A stretch of 38,725 nt of DNA from Dehalococcoidia bacterium (GTDB lineage: Bacteria; Chloroflexota; Dehalococcoidia; Dehalococcoidales; E44-bin46), in the NCBI GenBank assembly GCA_004376105.1, contig SOKA01000043.1, positions 1 to 38,725 of the forward strand. Direction: 5' to 3'. Position 1 is the stretch's first letter. Each line of letters starts with the position of its first letter. The notes beneath the pieces are model-generated. The model had not been told where the DNA came from. It did no database searches and saw only the letters and a program-made list of their open reading frames with translations. A program made the position numbers and the translations under genes. Below, piece by piece: positions 27,067 to 36,817 of this stretch.

Positions 27067-29031
27067 TTAGGATAACCGGTGTCCCAATTTTTTGGAAATC
27101 TCTATTAATATTTCTTGATCCTGAGGTAGACCATCTTTGGGCTGAAGCACCTGTTTTAATTCGAGAACACGCCCATCCGTAGTCACATATTTGCCCTCTC
27201 TTTCCGCCCATATCGGCGAGGGCAGAACCACATTAGCCAGAGATGTAACCGATGAGTAATAACTTGTCTGCACTACCAGGAAATCTATTCCCTTAAGCCA
27301 ACTCAATAATTCCTCGCTCTCACGTTCGTCGGCGAGAAGGAGATAGAGTCCCTTCGGCTTGTCCTGCTTTATACCTTTGGCTAACCCTAACTCCCAGGCA
27401 CCACGACTATTAGCGCAGGGCTTAAGCGAGATAACCCTTAGCTCACCTTCAACTTGATTTCCGGTTATATTAGCCAAGTTTAAGATAGTGGTAATCGAGC
27501 TGGCATCATTCCCCTGCAGCAGCCCTTCTCCATAGATGATGACTCCATGCTCAGCCCAGCCATACATCTCCGCCGCCAACTCCAGTCTCTCATTCTCTAT
27601 GCCAGTGGTCCTGCTCACTTCGCCTGTTTCATACTGGCTAAGAGACTGAATAAGCTCGGCTTGTGCCTTTCCTGGCCCGACTAGACCCTTGTCAATAAGA
27701 ATCTTGGCTAGGCCGTTAAGAAGAACTCCTTCACTACCTGCCCTCGGTTTAAGCCAGAGGTCAGTCCAAAGGGGAAAAACATCCCTAGATGAGTCTATCA
27801 CTATCAACTTTGCCTTCCTTTGGCTCACTGCTCGGCGCACGAGAGTACTAATGATGGGATTGGTCTTCTCAGGATCGGCTCCTACTACAATAATGCAATC
27901 TGCCTCCAATATATCCTCAATAGGACACTCAATGTCCAGTCCCCTTCCATTATTCTGAAATAGCCTAATACCCTCGCTAATTATCCGATAGCTTTCTCCG
28001 TCCCGAGTATCAATCGAATCGCTACCTACTACCTCACCGATGAACTTATTAAATAAAGAAAGTGTCTCATTTGGAACCCTTGTAGATATCATACCAGCAA
28101 AGCCGTCTTTTGCCTCTGCCAGTCTCTCGACGATTACCTGCACTGCCTTATCTAGACTACATTCCTCTAGTTCACCTTGCTTACCTCGTACTAAGGGTGA
28201 GGTAATCCTAGGAGGAGTTGGCTCAAGCAACCTAAAGCGTCCCATTCTACACAGTGGCCCCCTTGGCTCTGTTAAGCTAGGCGCTTCAATCCTCACCAAG
28301 TTATTATCTTTCACCAGTACATTCAGTTCACAGCCTACTCCACAGGCAGGGCAAACGGTCTTTATCTGTTGACACTCATCCGTTTTGCCTTTGTAAAGAT
28401 TGAGTTTACTGAAAATAGCACCAGTAGGACATGCCTGAACACAGGCACCGCAAGAAGTACAAGATGATTCGCCTAGTGGTTGCTCCAGGTCGGCAGACAC
28501 CAGCGCTTTCCAGCCTCGCTGACTGAAATCTAGGGTATGACTTGCCGCTACTTCGCTACAGGCTCGAATGCACCTGCCACAGAGGATACAACGATTATGG
28601 TCAATTACCAAGTAATCGCTTAATGCATCCACAGGTAGAGAAGGAAAGGTATAAGGATAGCGCACGTTGTCCATCTGATATCGGTAAGCCAGTTTCTGTA
28701 GTTCACAATCCTCGCTTTGCTCACAGAACATACAGAAATGATTGTGCTCGGTAAATATGAGTTCCAATATCTGGCGACGATATCTCTCCAGCTGCTCAGT
28801 GTTGGTTTTCACCACCAGTCCGTCTCTGGCAAGATAGGTACAGGCAGGAACTGGGCTCCTCTCCTTTTCAATTTCTACCACACACATTCGGCAGGCCCCC
28901 ACATCGCTCAATCCTTCATGATGACAAAGGGTAGGCACATCAATACCATTAGCCTGACAAATCTCAAGAACAGTGTCTCCCTCTTTCCCTTTAACCTGCC
29001 TATCATTGATGGCTAAGGTTATTTCATTCAT
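27067..29031 (-). CDS. HoxU/NuoG/BfuA-like Fe-S subunit with a degenerate molybdopterin-oxidoreductase-like domain
   Basis: 2Fe-2S (PTLC..GACRMC..PAC), HxxxCxxC, two 4Fe-4S motifs, CPACGVGC...LC, then an FdhA-like body with no evident catalytic Cys/Sec segment or domain IV. Confidence 0.85.
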   Translation of the reverse strand: MNEITLAINDRQVKGKEGDTVLEICQANGIDVPTLCHHEGLSDVGACRMCVVEIEKERSPVPACTYLARDGLVVKTNTEQLERYRRQILELIFTEHNHFCMFCEQSEDCELQKLAYRYQMDNVRYPYTFPSLPVDALSDYLVIDHNRCILCGRCIRACSEVAASHTLDFSQRGWKALVSADLEQPLGESSCTSCGACVQACPTGAIFSKLNLYKGKTDECQQIKTVCPACGVGCELNVLVKDNNLVRIEAPSLTEPRGPLCRMGRFRLLEPTPPRITSPLVRGKQGELEECSLDKAVQVIVERLAEAKDGFAGMISTRVPNETLSLFNKFIGEVVGSDSIDTRDGESYRIISEGIRLFQNNGRGLDIECPIEDILEADCIIVVGADPEKTNPIISTLVRRAVSQRKAKLIVIDSSRDVFPLWTDLWLKPRAGSEGVLLNGLAKILIDKGLVGPGKAQAELIQSLSQYETGEVSRTTGIENERLELAAEMYGWAEHGVIIYGEGLLQGNDASSITTILNLANITGNQVEGELRVISLKPCANSRGAWELGLAKGIKQDKPKGLYLLLADERESEELLSWLKGIDFLVVQTSYYSSVTSLANVVLPSPIWAEREGKYVTTDGRVLELKQVLQPKDGLPQDQEILIEISKKLGHRLS

Positions 29032-29034
29032 TGC

Positions 29035-32000
29035 TTATCCTCCAACCTCAAGATCGCATCTCAGACATCGTGACGCCTCTTCTCTGGCTTCTTCTGGGCT
29101 ATAGGGCAAAGTAACCTCCTTAAACGATGTTTTTCTTTTGCTCATGGCAATTTCTGAAGCCCTAATTCTGGCTTTTTCTTTTGTTTCTTCATCGCTAGGT
29201 GGTATAGAAGAGATGGCGATGGGTTCATAACCATTACGCTCTACCAAGGGTGCAAGCCCCTTCCCCTGCAGGTATCTTCTTATAGAGGAGGCTGCCCTCT
29301 GTCCGGCAGCAATGGCTTCAATTACTGTTTGAGGGCCACTGGCGGCATCTCCGCCAGCAAAAACGCCCTTTCTCCCGGTAGCCAGTGTCCGCCGGTCCAC
29401 CGCTACTGTCCCACCCCTTCCTGTTTGAATCTCACCATCCTTGATAAAAGAGGTATCCGGCCTTTGCCCTATAGCTTCGATAACCATATCTGTGTTTACC
29501 AAATATTCGGCCCCCTCAACAGGATTAGGGGTTCTTCTACCGCTTCGGTCAAATTCCCCTAGCTCCATAGGGATAAGCTCAAGTCCGCTGACCCTTCCAT
29601 CATTACCCAAAATCTTAGTCGGAGCCGTCAGGAAATGAAAATGGATTCCCTCTTCTTCAGCGGCTTCTGTCTCTTCAGCTATAGCGGGCATATCCTTCTT
29701 TTCCCGCCTATAGAATAGGTGTACTTCCTCAGCCCCCTTTCTTAGAGCCACTCTGGCAGAGTCAATGGCTGAGTTGCCACCACCAATAACAGCCACTCTC
29801 TTACCCACAGGTACTTTTTTGCCTAAATTGACCTCTCTTAGAAATTCAATAGCGTCATAGACTCCCTTCAGGTCTTCACCAGGAATGTTTGCCTTAGTCC
29901 CTTTATGAGCACCGGTAGCGATGAACACTGCTTTATAACCGTCCTTAAGCAAGAATTCAACATCACTAATCGGTGTATTTAGCCTTATATCCACTCCGAG
30001 ATTTTCGATCTCCTGGATTTCCTTCCTCAGAATATCTTTAGGCAGACGATATTCGGGGATAGCCACCGCTAGCATGCCTCCAGCTACCGGGAGCGCCTCA
30101 AATATAGTAACTTGGTACCCCTCCAGGGCCAGGTCCCAAGCGGCTGACAGCCCGGCGGGACCAGCCCCGATGATAGCTACCCTTTCCTCTTTCCCCTCCC
30201 TTATTCTAGGAGTATATTTGACCCCCGAATTGAAAGCGTAATCAGCAATAAATCTCCTAAGATCCCTGATAGCTATTGGTTCATCAATCTGAACTCGATT
30301 GCACTTAAACTCGCAAGGATGGTTACATACCCGACCGCATACAGCCGGTAAGGGATTACGCTGTTTGATTAAACAGTAAGCCTCAGCAAACTTACCCTCC
30401 TTAATCAAACTGACATAACCGGGAATGTCCAACTGTACTGGACAGGTGTGCTGGCACGGGGCTCTAAATAGACCCTGGCAAACGGCAGCGGGGCACTTTT
30501 TATCTATAATATGAGCCTCATACTCCTCACGGAAGTGTCGTAGTGTGGTTAACACTGGATTGGGACTCGTTTGCCCTAGACCACATAGAGAAGCCGAGGC
30601 AACCATTTCCGCTAGTTCTAGTAGGGTGTCTAGCTCTTCCAATGTTGCTTCTCCCCGGCTGACCTTGTTTAGAATCTGCAGCATCTCGGGGATCCCTGCC
30701 CGGCAAGGGATACATTTACCACAGGACTCGTCTCTGGTGAATTGAAGGAAAAACTTAGCTACATCTATCATACAGCTATCCTCATCCATTACAACGAGCC
30801 CGCCGGAGCCCATAATTGCCCCTAGAGCAGTAACAGCTTCATAGTCAATAGGCGTATTGAGATACTCTATAGGAATAACGCCGCCAGATGGCCCACCTAT
30901 CTGAACTGCCTTAAATTTCTTCCCCTCTGGTATCCCCCCGCCGATGTCGAACACAATTTTCCCCAGCGGTGTCCCCAGAGGAACTTCCACTAGCCCAGTG
31001 TTATTCACCTTTCCCACCAGGCATAGGGTTTTTGTGCCCTTGCTTTTCTCAGTGCCAACGCTGGCAAACCAATCAGCATCCCTCAAAATAATTTGAGGGA
31101 TATTTGACCATGTCTCCACATTATTGATGGTAGTAGGCTTGCCAAAGAGCCCTCCCCCAACGTTTGCCGGGAAGGGAGGCCTTTGCCTGGGATTCCCCCT
31201 TTCTCCTTCAATAGAATGCAGAAGAGCGGTTTCTTCTCCGCAGACAAAAGCACCAGCACCAGGGAAGATGTCAAGGGAAAACTCAAAACCGGTGCCTAGG
31301 ATATTCTTGCCCAGAAGTCCATATTCTCGGGCCTGGGCAATGGCGTGGCTTAGAGTCTCAATAGCCAGGGGATATTCAGCTCTGACATAGGCATAGCCCT
31401 GGCGAACATTCCCTATAGCACAGGCTCCGATTGCCATACCCTCGATTATGGAGTGAGGATTGCCTTCCAGAACCGCCCGGTTCATATAGGCACCCGGATC
31501 GCCTTCGTCACCGTTACAAACTACGTATTTTTCCTCACTAGGTGCACTACGAACAAACCCCCACTTCGTGGCCGTGGGAAAGCCGGCTCCACCCCGACCA
31601 CGTAACCCCGCTTTCTTAACCTCATCAATGACCTCCTCAGGCTTCATCTGAGTCAAGACCTTACCCAAGGCTTGATAGCCACCTCTAGCAATATACTGTT
31701 CAATATCCATTGGGTCGAGGTCTTGATTATGCATTACTCTTATCTCTTGAAACTTAAGCAGAGGCTCATCCAGAGCTAACGTCCACTCCTTAACCGGTCT
31801 CCCTCCCACCAAATGCTCTTCAACAATTCGGTGGAGCTTATCCTCATCAAGGTCACAGTAGATAACCTTTTCCTCTCCGGGAGCAATGACTGTCACCACA
31901 GGCTCACGGCCACAGAGCCCTATACATCCTGCCCTCAATACGACAACATCTAATAGCTTGCGTAACTCTACCTCCCTAACAAAAGCATCTAAAATCTTAT

Positions 32001-32133
32001 TTGCCCCCGAAGAGATGCCACATGTCCCCAAATGTACCTTGACTTGAATCTTCTTTTCCTGCTTTGCCAGTCTTGCTTTAGCTTGCCTCTCTAAATTCAC
32101 TAGCTCTTCTACAGAACTGAGTGGACTCATCAT
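29035..32133 (-). CDS. HoxF/NuoF/BfuB-like FMN/NADH subunit fused to a C-terminal GltD/NfnB-type FAD/NADP module
   Basis: N-terminal thioredoxin-like 2Fe-2S domain, GLRGRGGAGFP, DEGDPGA, FVCGEETAL, ESCGKCIPCR, then PCQHTCP, CGRVC, IIGAGPAG, VIGGGNSAID..YRR, VFAGGD, RCLRCD. Confidence 0.9.
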   Translation of the reverse strand: MMSPLSSVEELVNLERQAKARLAKQEKKIQVKVHLGTCGISSGANKILDAFVREVELRKLLDVVVLRAGCIGLCGREPVVTVIAPGEEKVIYCDLDEDKLHRIVEEHLVGGRPVKEWTLALDEPLLKFQEIRVMHNQDLDPMDIEQYIARGGYQALGKVLTQMKPEEVIDEVKKAGLRGRGGAGFPTATKWGFVRSAPSEEKYVVCNGDEGDPGAYMNRAVLEGNPHSIIEGMAIGACAIGNVRQGYAYVRAEYPLAIETLSHAIAQAREYGLLGKNILGTGFEFSLDIFPGAGAFVCGEETALLHSIEGERGNPRQRPPFPANVGGGLFGKPTTINNVETWSNIPQIILRDADWFASVGTEKSKGTKTLCLVGKVNNTGLVEVPLGTPLGKIVFDIGGGIPEGKKFKAVQIGGPSGGVIPIEYLNTPIDYEAVTALGAIMGSGGLVVMDEDSCMIDVAKFFLQFTRDESCGKCIPCRAGIPEMLQILNKVSRGEATLEELDTLLELAEMVASASLCGLGQTSPNPVLTTLRHFREEYEAHIIDKKCPAAVCQGLFRAPCQHTCPVQLDIPGYVSLIKEGKFAEAYCLIKQRNPLPAVCGRVCNHPCEFKCNRVQIDEPIAIRDLRRFIADYAFNSGVKYTPRIREGKEERVAIIGAGPAGLSAAWDLALEGYQVTIFEALPVAGGMLAVAIPEYRLPKDILRKEIQEIENLGVDIRLNTPISDVEFLLKDGYKAVFIATGAHKGTKANIPGEDLKGVYDAIEFLREVNLGKKVPVGKRVAVIGGGNSAIDSARVALRKGAEEVHLFYRREKKDMPAIAEETEAAEEEGIHFHFLTAPTKILGNDGRVSGLELIPMELGEFDRSGRRTPNPVEGAEYLVNTDMVIEAIGQRPDTSFIKDGEIQTGRGGTVAVDRRTLATGRKGVFAGGDAASGPQTVIEAIAAGQRAASSIRRYLQGKGLAPLVERNGYEPIAISSIPPSDEETKEKARIRASEIAMSKRKTSFKEVTLPYSPEEAREEASRCLRCDLEVGG

Positions 32134-32148
32134 CTTTGTTAGACCTTC

Positions 32149-32661
32149 CTATCGATAAGAATTCAGAATATCCTCTATCTGGCTGGGTTTGACCTTTCTA
32201 TGGACATCTTCACCAATAGCCATCACCGGGGATAGACCACAGCAGCCTAGGCAGCGGACAGTCTCCAGAGAAAACCTGCCATCGGCAGTAATTCCCTCAG
32301 GTTCGAGGCTCCACTTCTTCTTTAACGTATCCAGAAGCCTCTGCCCTCCCTTAACATAGCAACTGGTACCCATACATACTTGAATAACATACTTACCCTT
32401 AGGCACCATAGAAAAGAAGTGATAAAAACTGATAATCCCATATACCTCGCTGAGAGGAACCTTTAGATCTCTGGAGATAGTCTTTATTACTGGTGCTGGA
32501 AGATAGCCAATTAGCCCTTGTGCCTGCTGCAAAACCCGAATGAGAGCACCAGCTTGCCCACCGGTATCGCCAATTATTCGCTGAACCTGGGCAAAAATCC
32601 TCCCCGCATACCCAATACCAATTTCCCGCCTTGGGGGCACATCAATCTCAATCCGGTCCAT
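32149..32661 (-). CDS. HoxE/NuoE/BfuC-like 2Fe-2S subunit
   Basis: LIRVLQQAQ..IGYLP, SFYHFF, VCMGTSC, RCLGCCGLSP. Confidence 0.92.
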   Translation of the reverse strand: MDRIEIDVPPRREIGIGYAGRIFAQVQRIIGDTGGQAGALIRVLQQAQGLIGYLPAPVIKTISRDLKVPLSEVYGIISFYHFFSMVPKGKYVIQVCMGTSCYVKGGQRLLDTLKKKWSLEPEGITADGRFSLETVRCLGCCGLSPVMAIGEDVHRKVKPSQIEDILNSYR

Positions 32662-32857
32662 CTTCTGCCTCCTGCTGTGGTTAATAATTATTAGCTCGTT
32701 TGGTCAAGTTGTACTTTCTTACCACATCGTAACGTGGAGAGGGCATGTATCGCAAGCTGGTACGCTCCCCATTAACTGCCACACATGCCCTCGAAGTGAA
32801 TGGTATTACACAACTCAGCGTTATTGTTATTATCTAATCCCAGCCCCCCGTTTCCAG

Positions 32858-33499
32858 TCACTTCGAAATTGATTTCAAAGAGGTATCAATGCCCTTACCA
32901 AAGAGCTTTATCTGTATCAGCTCGCCGTGGCCATATCTCTTGTAAACCCGGCATACTTCACAGATGCTGGTATCTAGGCCAGTGACCCCATAATCATCCA
33001 GCTTGCAGTAGGTTCCCTGTATCTCCCAGCAGGGCAGAGACCGATACTTAAACGCAGGGCACTCAATTTTTATCGCCTCCGGGCAACGGAACATCTCCCA
33101 GCAGGGTGTCTTCCCTTCCCAGAAGCCCAGAGTTGGCTCCGCCAGAATCCTCCCTTTCACTTCGTTAATGACCCTCCCTACCTCTACAATATCCTCTACC
33201 GTAGTAACGCCCTTCATGATCCCTTCCACCTGTTCAACCACCTTCGTCTTCATTGTCTTCCCCCTCCTTCTATTGCTCGTGCCCTGCGTCTCACCCGCTT
33301 TAGGTAGTATCTCCACCTCACCCTCCCGAAAACCATAAATCTTGCCTGTACGTTCGCCAGAGGTCATCTTGACCCATAAAGGATATACAGTATATTTTTC
33401 GAACTCTTGGATTTGCATATCTACTATCTCCGCATTTTCGCCAACCAGTTCTGGCAGTGAATTGCATTCCCTAATTTTGACTATATCACCTATTTTCAT
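32858..33499 (-). CDS. Hypothetical protein with a Cys-rich 'two-CW' C-terminal domain
   Basis: Strong RBS (AAAGGAGGGG); CWEMFRC...CPA...CWEIQGTYC...CEVC; first gene upstream of the hydrogenase operon. Confidence 0.75.
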   Translation of the reverse strand: MKIGDIVKIRECNSLPELVGENAEIVDMQIQEFEKYTVYPLWVKMTSGERTGKIYGFREGEVEILPKAGETQGTSNRRRGKTMKTKVVEQVEGIMKGVTTVEDIVEVGRVINEVKGRILAEPTLGFWEGKTPCWEMFRCPEAIKIECPAFKYRSLPCWEIQGTYCKLDDYGVTGLDTSICEVCRVYKRYGHGELIQIKLFGKGIDTSLKSISK

Positions 33500-33659
33500 T
33501 TTCTCCCCTCCTTTCCTACCATTATTTGAGCCCTCTTTCCTTTACTACCATTCATCATTCTCTGCTTCTATTTATATTCAACCATATCGGAAATCTAGCG
33601 CCATCCGCCCTAATGCCTATTTCTCACTTTGCCTTAACGCAAACATCCCGACCGCCTAT

Positions 33660-33689
33660 TAGGCATTTTTACCTAGGTATTTTCACCTA
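33660..33689. promoter_or_regulatory. Tandem inverted repeats, candidate binding sites for the NarL-family regulator
   Basis: TAGGCA-TTTT-TACCTA (33660-33675) overlaps TAGGTA-TTTT-CACCTA (33674-33689), in the divergent intergenic region. Confidence 0.55.
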
Positions 33690-33773
33690 GATGATTACCT
33701 TCATAGCACTCACAATCACTGCGGTTGAACGTATTGCTGAAACGGCTTATACTGGTAGTAGAGAAAGTATGCT

Positions 33774-34439
33774 ATGAATACTATCAGGATTCTACTTGCT
33801 GAAGACCACGTGGTAGTACGAGAGGGTACTCGCCAACTCCTAGAGCGTGAACAAGATTTTGAGATTGTCGGTGAGGCTGGTGATGGTGAGGAGACGGTCC
33901 GACTGGCCAGCCAACTCAAGCCCGATGTGGTCATTATAGATGTCGCTATGCCCAAAATCAGTGGCATCGAGGCTACCAAGCAAATTAAGGCTATCTTGCC
34001 CGCGACCACAGTGCTTGTCCTCACTGGTTATGATTATGATGAATATATTTTCAGCATGCTAGAAGCAGGTGCCGCCGGTTATCTACTAAAGAGTGTGAGT
34101 GGTGACGAGTTGATTAATGCTGTCCGGGCAGTCTATGCCGGAGAGCCGATGATTCATCCTACAGTCCTTCGCAAGTTGATAACCCGCTTCAAAACTCTAG
34201 CTGCTGAACCTGCGCCGGTTCAGCCTATGCAACCCTTGAGTGAACGTGAGATGGAAGTACTCAAGATAGCAGCCCAAGGTATGAGCAATAAGGATATCGG
34301 CAACATGCTCTTTATCAGTAAGCGCACTGTCCAAGCCCATATGAGGAGCATCTTCAATAAGCTGGGGGTAGGTTCCCGCTCTGAGGCAATACTATATAGT
34401 CTAAAAAGGGGGTGGTTTACCATTGAAGACCTCCCTTGA
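33774..34439 (+). CDS. NarL/LuxR-family response regulator
   Basis: [28 protein letters not shown]...[15 protein letters not shown]. Confidence 0.95.
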   Translation: MNTIRILLAEDHVVVREGTRQLLEREQDFEIVGEAGDGEETVRLASQLKPDVVIIDVAMPKISGIEATKQIKAILPATTVLVLTGYDYDEYIFSMLEAGAAGYLLKSVSGDELINAVRAVYAGEPMIHPTVLRKLITRFKTLAAEPAPVQPMQPLSEREMEVLKIAAQGMSNKDIGNMLFISKRTVQAHMRSIFNKLGVGSRSEAILYSLKRGWFTIEDLP

Positions 34440-36441
34440 GAAGTCAGCATTTTTAGCTTCACCGATGAAACTTATACGAAATCGTAATTTTTGGCTTATC
34501 CTAGTCTTTTTTGCAGTTTTTAGTGTACTTCACTACGCTGAGCTAATAGGTATTAGCGGCACACTTTACCCCAGCTTCCACTTCGGACTGACCCGACATG
34601 CCCTGGACCGTATGCTTTTCTTGTTGCCCATAATCTATTCTAGTTTCACCTTCAGGCTAAAGGGAGGCTTGATTACGTCTTTTGCTGCGTTGGCTGTTAT
34701 GCTACCCAGAGCCGTTTTTATCTCGCCCGCTCCTACAGATGCCCTTCTGGAGACCGGAGGCGTCCTTGCCATAGGTATACTAGCTTCCTGGGGGATTTGG
34801 ACACGAGCAACGGAAAGGGATAAAACCGAAGCGGCTTTAGCAAAACTACAGTCGGCACACGAGATTCTTCAGCATTATGTCCGGTCAGCGAGGGAGAACG
34901 AAAAACGCCAGACCATACTTAACACCATCTCTACCCTACTAGGCGAGTCTCTGGAGCTTGAGAAGACCTTAGAAAAGGCCATTCGTATGGTATCGGAGTT
35001 AATGGAAGTAGAGGTCGCTGTGATATTTTCTCTAGATGAGGAAAACCAAAAACTGAAGCTTGTTGCCCATGAAGGTGTATCCGATGAATTCGCCCGGGCT
35101 GTAGATGGGCAAAAGATTGGTGAGGGTTTTTATGGAGAGGTAGCCAAGACGTGCCAACCTATGGTAGTGGAAAATGCCTCTCATGACCCCAGGCTGACCC
35201 TGCCTGAGGTTAAAAAGATGCGAATTCAAGTCCAGCTCATTGTGCCAATGGTTCTCAGAGACCAAATTAGGGGTGTACTTTGCGTAGCTATGCGCCGCCC
35301 CAGGCAATTTTCCCTAGAGGATATGGAACTGCTCACCGCCATTGGCGCCCAAATAGCCACCGCCATGGAAAATGCTCGCCTCTATGAGAAAGATCGCCTT
35401 GCGGCACAACGATTAGCTATGTCAGAGAGGAACTATCGGCAGCTGTTCGAAAATGCTAATGATGCTATCTGGGTTCACGACTTGCAAGGCAATATTACAA
35501 CTGCCAATGAGGCAGCTGGAAAACTCGCCGGATACAGCGTAGAAGAAATGAAAAAAATGAACGTGAGGAAGCTTCTGCCAGATGAAAGCCTCAATCTAGC
35601 TGGCCAAATTAAGCACAAACTATTGGAAAAGGAACCTGTGGAACAACCCTACGAACAACACCTGCTCAGAAAGGACGGGACAGAGGCGACTCTGAAGTTG
35701 ACTACCAGTTTAGTTACCGAGAATGGGAAACCTACCGGTTTCCAGCATATAGCCAGAGATGTAACTGAAGAGAGGAGGATGCAGGATGGCCTACGTTACT
35801 ATCTTAGCCAGATTACTAAAGTTCAGGAAGAGGAACGCAAGCGTATTGCTCGCGAGCTTCATGACGATACAAGTCAAGTTCTCTATGCCCTTTCCCGCCA
35901 AGCGGACAACTTCGCCCGCAATAATGCGCAGCTGGCACCAAACACTGCTGCTTTCCTGAAAGAGTTGCGCCAGAAGTTGAACAATACATTGGAGGGGATA
36001 CGTCGTTTTACCCAAGAATTGCGTCCACCCATGTTAGATGACTTAGGCTTGTTGGCAGCGCTACGATGGCAGGTTAACGACCTCGAAAAACAACCTGGGA
36101 TAGAAGCAGATTTGACAGTGTCCGGCATTGAGCGACGCTTCTCGGCAGAGGTGGAACTAATAATTTTCCGCATCGTTCAAGAGGCATTAAGAAATGTCGC
36201 GAAGCATGCCCAAGCTTCAAGAGTGGAGGTTACGATAGAATTTGACGAAGGCAAAACAAAGGTATCTATCTGTGATAATGGTAAAGGGTTTGACCTGGGA
36301 GGAAGTTTGGCAGATTTACCTCGTGCCGGCAAGCTTGGGCTCGCTGGAATGGAAGAGAGGGTTCGCCTGCTATATGGCGGTATGAGAATTGAATCCGAGC
36401 CAAGTAAAGGCACTAGCGTGATGATAGAAGTACCAATATAA
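34423..36441 (+). CDS. Membrane sensor histidine kinase (TM-GAF-PAS-HisKA_3-HATPase)
   Basis: Hydrophobic N-terminus, GAF (..ENARLYE), PAS (..IARDVTE), ERKRIARELHDD, QEALRNVAKHA, DNGKGF. The start codon is uncertain. Confidence 0.93.
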   Translation: MKTSLEKSAFLASPMKLIRNRNFWLILVFFAVFSVLHYAELIGISGTLYPSFHFGLTRHALDRMLFLLPIIYSSFTFRLKGGLITSFAALAVMLPRAVFISPAPTDALLETGGVLAIGILASWGIWTRATERDKTEAALAKLQSAHEILQHYVRSARENEKRQTILNTISTLLGESLELEKTLEKAIRMVSELMEVEVAVIFSLDEENQKLKLVAHEGVSDEFARAVDGQKIGEGFYGEVAKTCQPMVVENASHDPRLTLPEVKKMRIQVQLIVPMVLRDQIRGVLCVAMRRPRQFSLEDMELLTAIGAQIATAMENARLYEKDRLAAQRLAMSERNYRQLFENANDAIWVHDLQGNITTANEAAGKLAGYSVEEMKKMNVRKLLPDESLNLAGQIKHKLLEKEPVEQPYEQHLLRKDGTEATLKLTTSLVTENGKPTGFQHIARDVTEERRMQDGLRYYLSQITKVQEEERKRIARELHDDTSQVLYALSRQADNFARNNAQLAPNTAAFLKELRQKLNNTLEGIRRFTQELRPPMLDDLGLLAALRWQVNDLEKQPGIEADLTVSGIERRFSAEVELIIFRIVQEALRNVAKHAQASRVEVTIEFDEGKTKVSICDNGKGFDLGGSLADLPRAGKLGLAGMEERVRLLYGGMRIESEPSKGTSVMIEVPI

Positions 36442-36492
36442 ATATTGAATAGTTTCCCCGAGATGCTCCTTCTAACACGAGCCGTCGACACA

Positions 36493-36552
36493 GCACGCAG
36501 GGCACACACCCTGAGTCGCCGGCTTCCCGTTCTTCATAGTTATGGCCTTAGC
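36493..36552 (-). pseudogene. Fragment of a DUF5679-like small zinc-ribbon gene
   Basis: Reads AKAITMKNGKPATQGVCPAC. The expected N-terminal CxxC and the GTKMF ending are absent. Family recalled from memory. Confidence 0.65.
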
Positions 36553-36801
36553 ACAACAAAGACAAAGTTTGAAGTAGAGCCAACCTTCTGCATTCTTTGC
36601 GGGCTATGCGTGCGTTACTGTGAAGAGGTGAAGAAGAAGAATGCCATTGGCTTTATTGGCAGAGGAACAGAACGAGAGGTAGTGTTTTTCCCAGAAATAG
36701 CTCGTGAGGAATGCCCCAACTGTGAGGAGTGCTATTCACTTTGTCCTACAGGGGTGCTTCCATCCCACTATGCCTTAGCCGAGGCGCGTCATTCTACATA
36801 G
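36553..36801 (+). pseudogene. 3' half of a small HoxU/NuoG-like 2x[4Fe-4S] protein gene
   Basis: CILCGLCVRYC..IGFIGRG..CPNCEECYSLCPTG. The 5' part of ORF 36445-36801 is unrelated sequence (antisense of the DUF5679-like fragment). Confidence 0.68.
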
Positions 36802-36817
36802 TCCCTCATGAGGAGGG

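Noticed and set aside
6740-29031. Selenocysteine recoding in the Mo enzyme, rhodaneses or hydrogenase
   Set aside because: The reading frames are open through the active-site motifs, with no in-frame TGA.
36468-36490. Integron attC-like CTAAC site near the fragment patch
   Set aside because: No matching GTTRRRY partner or L-box symmetry, and no integron integrase.
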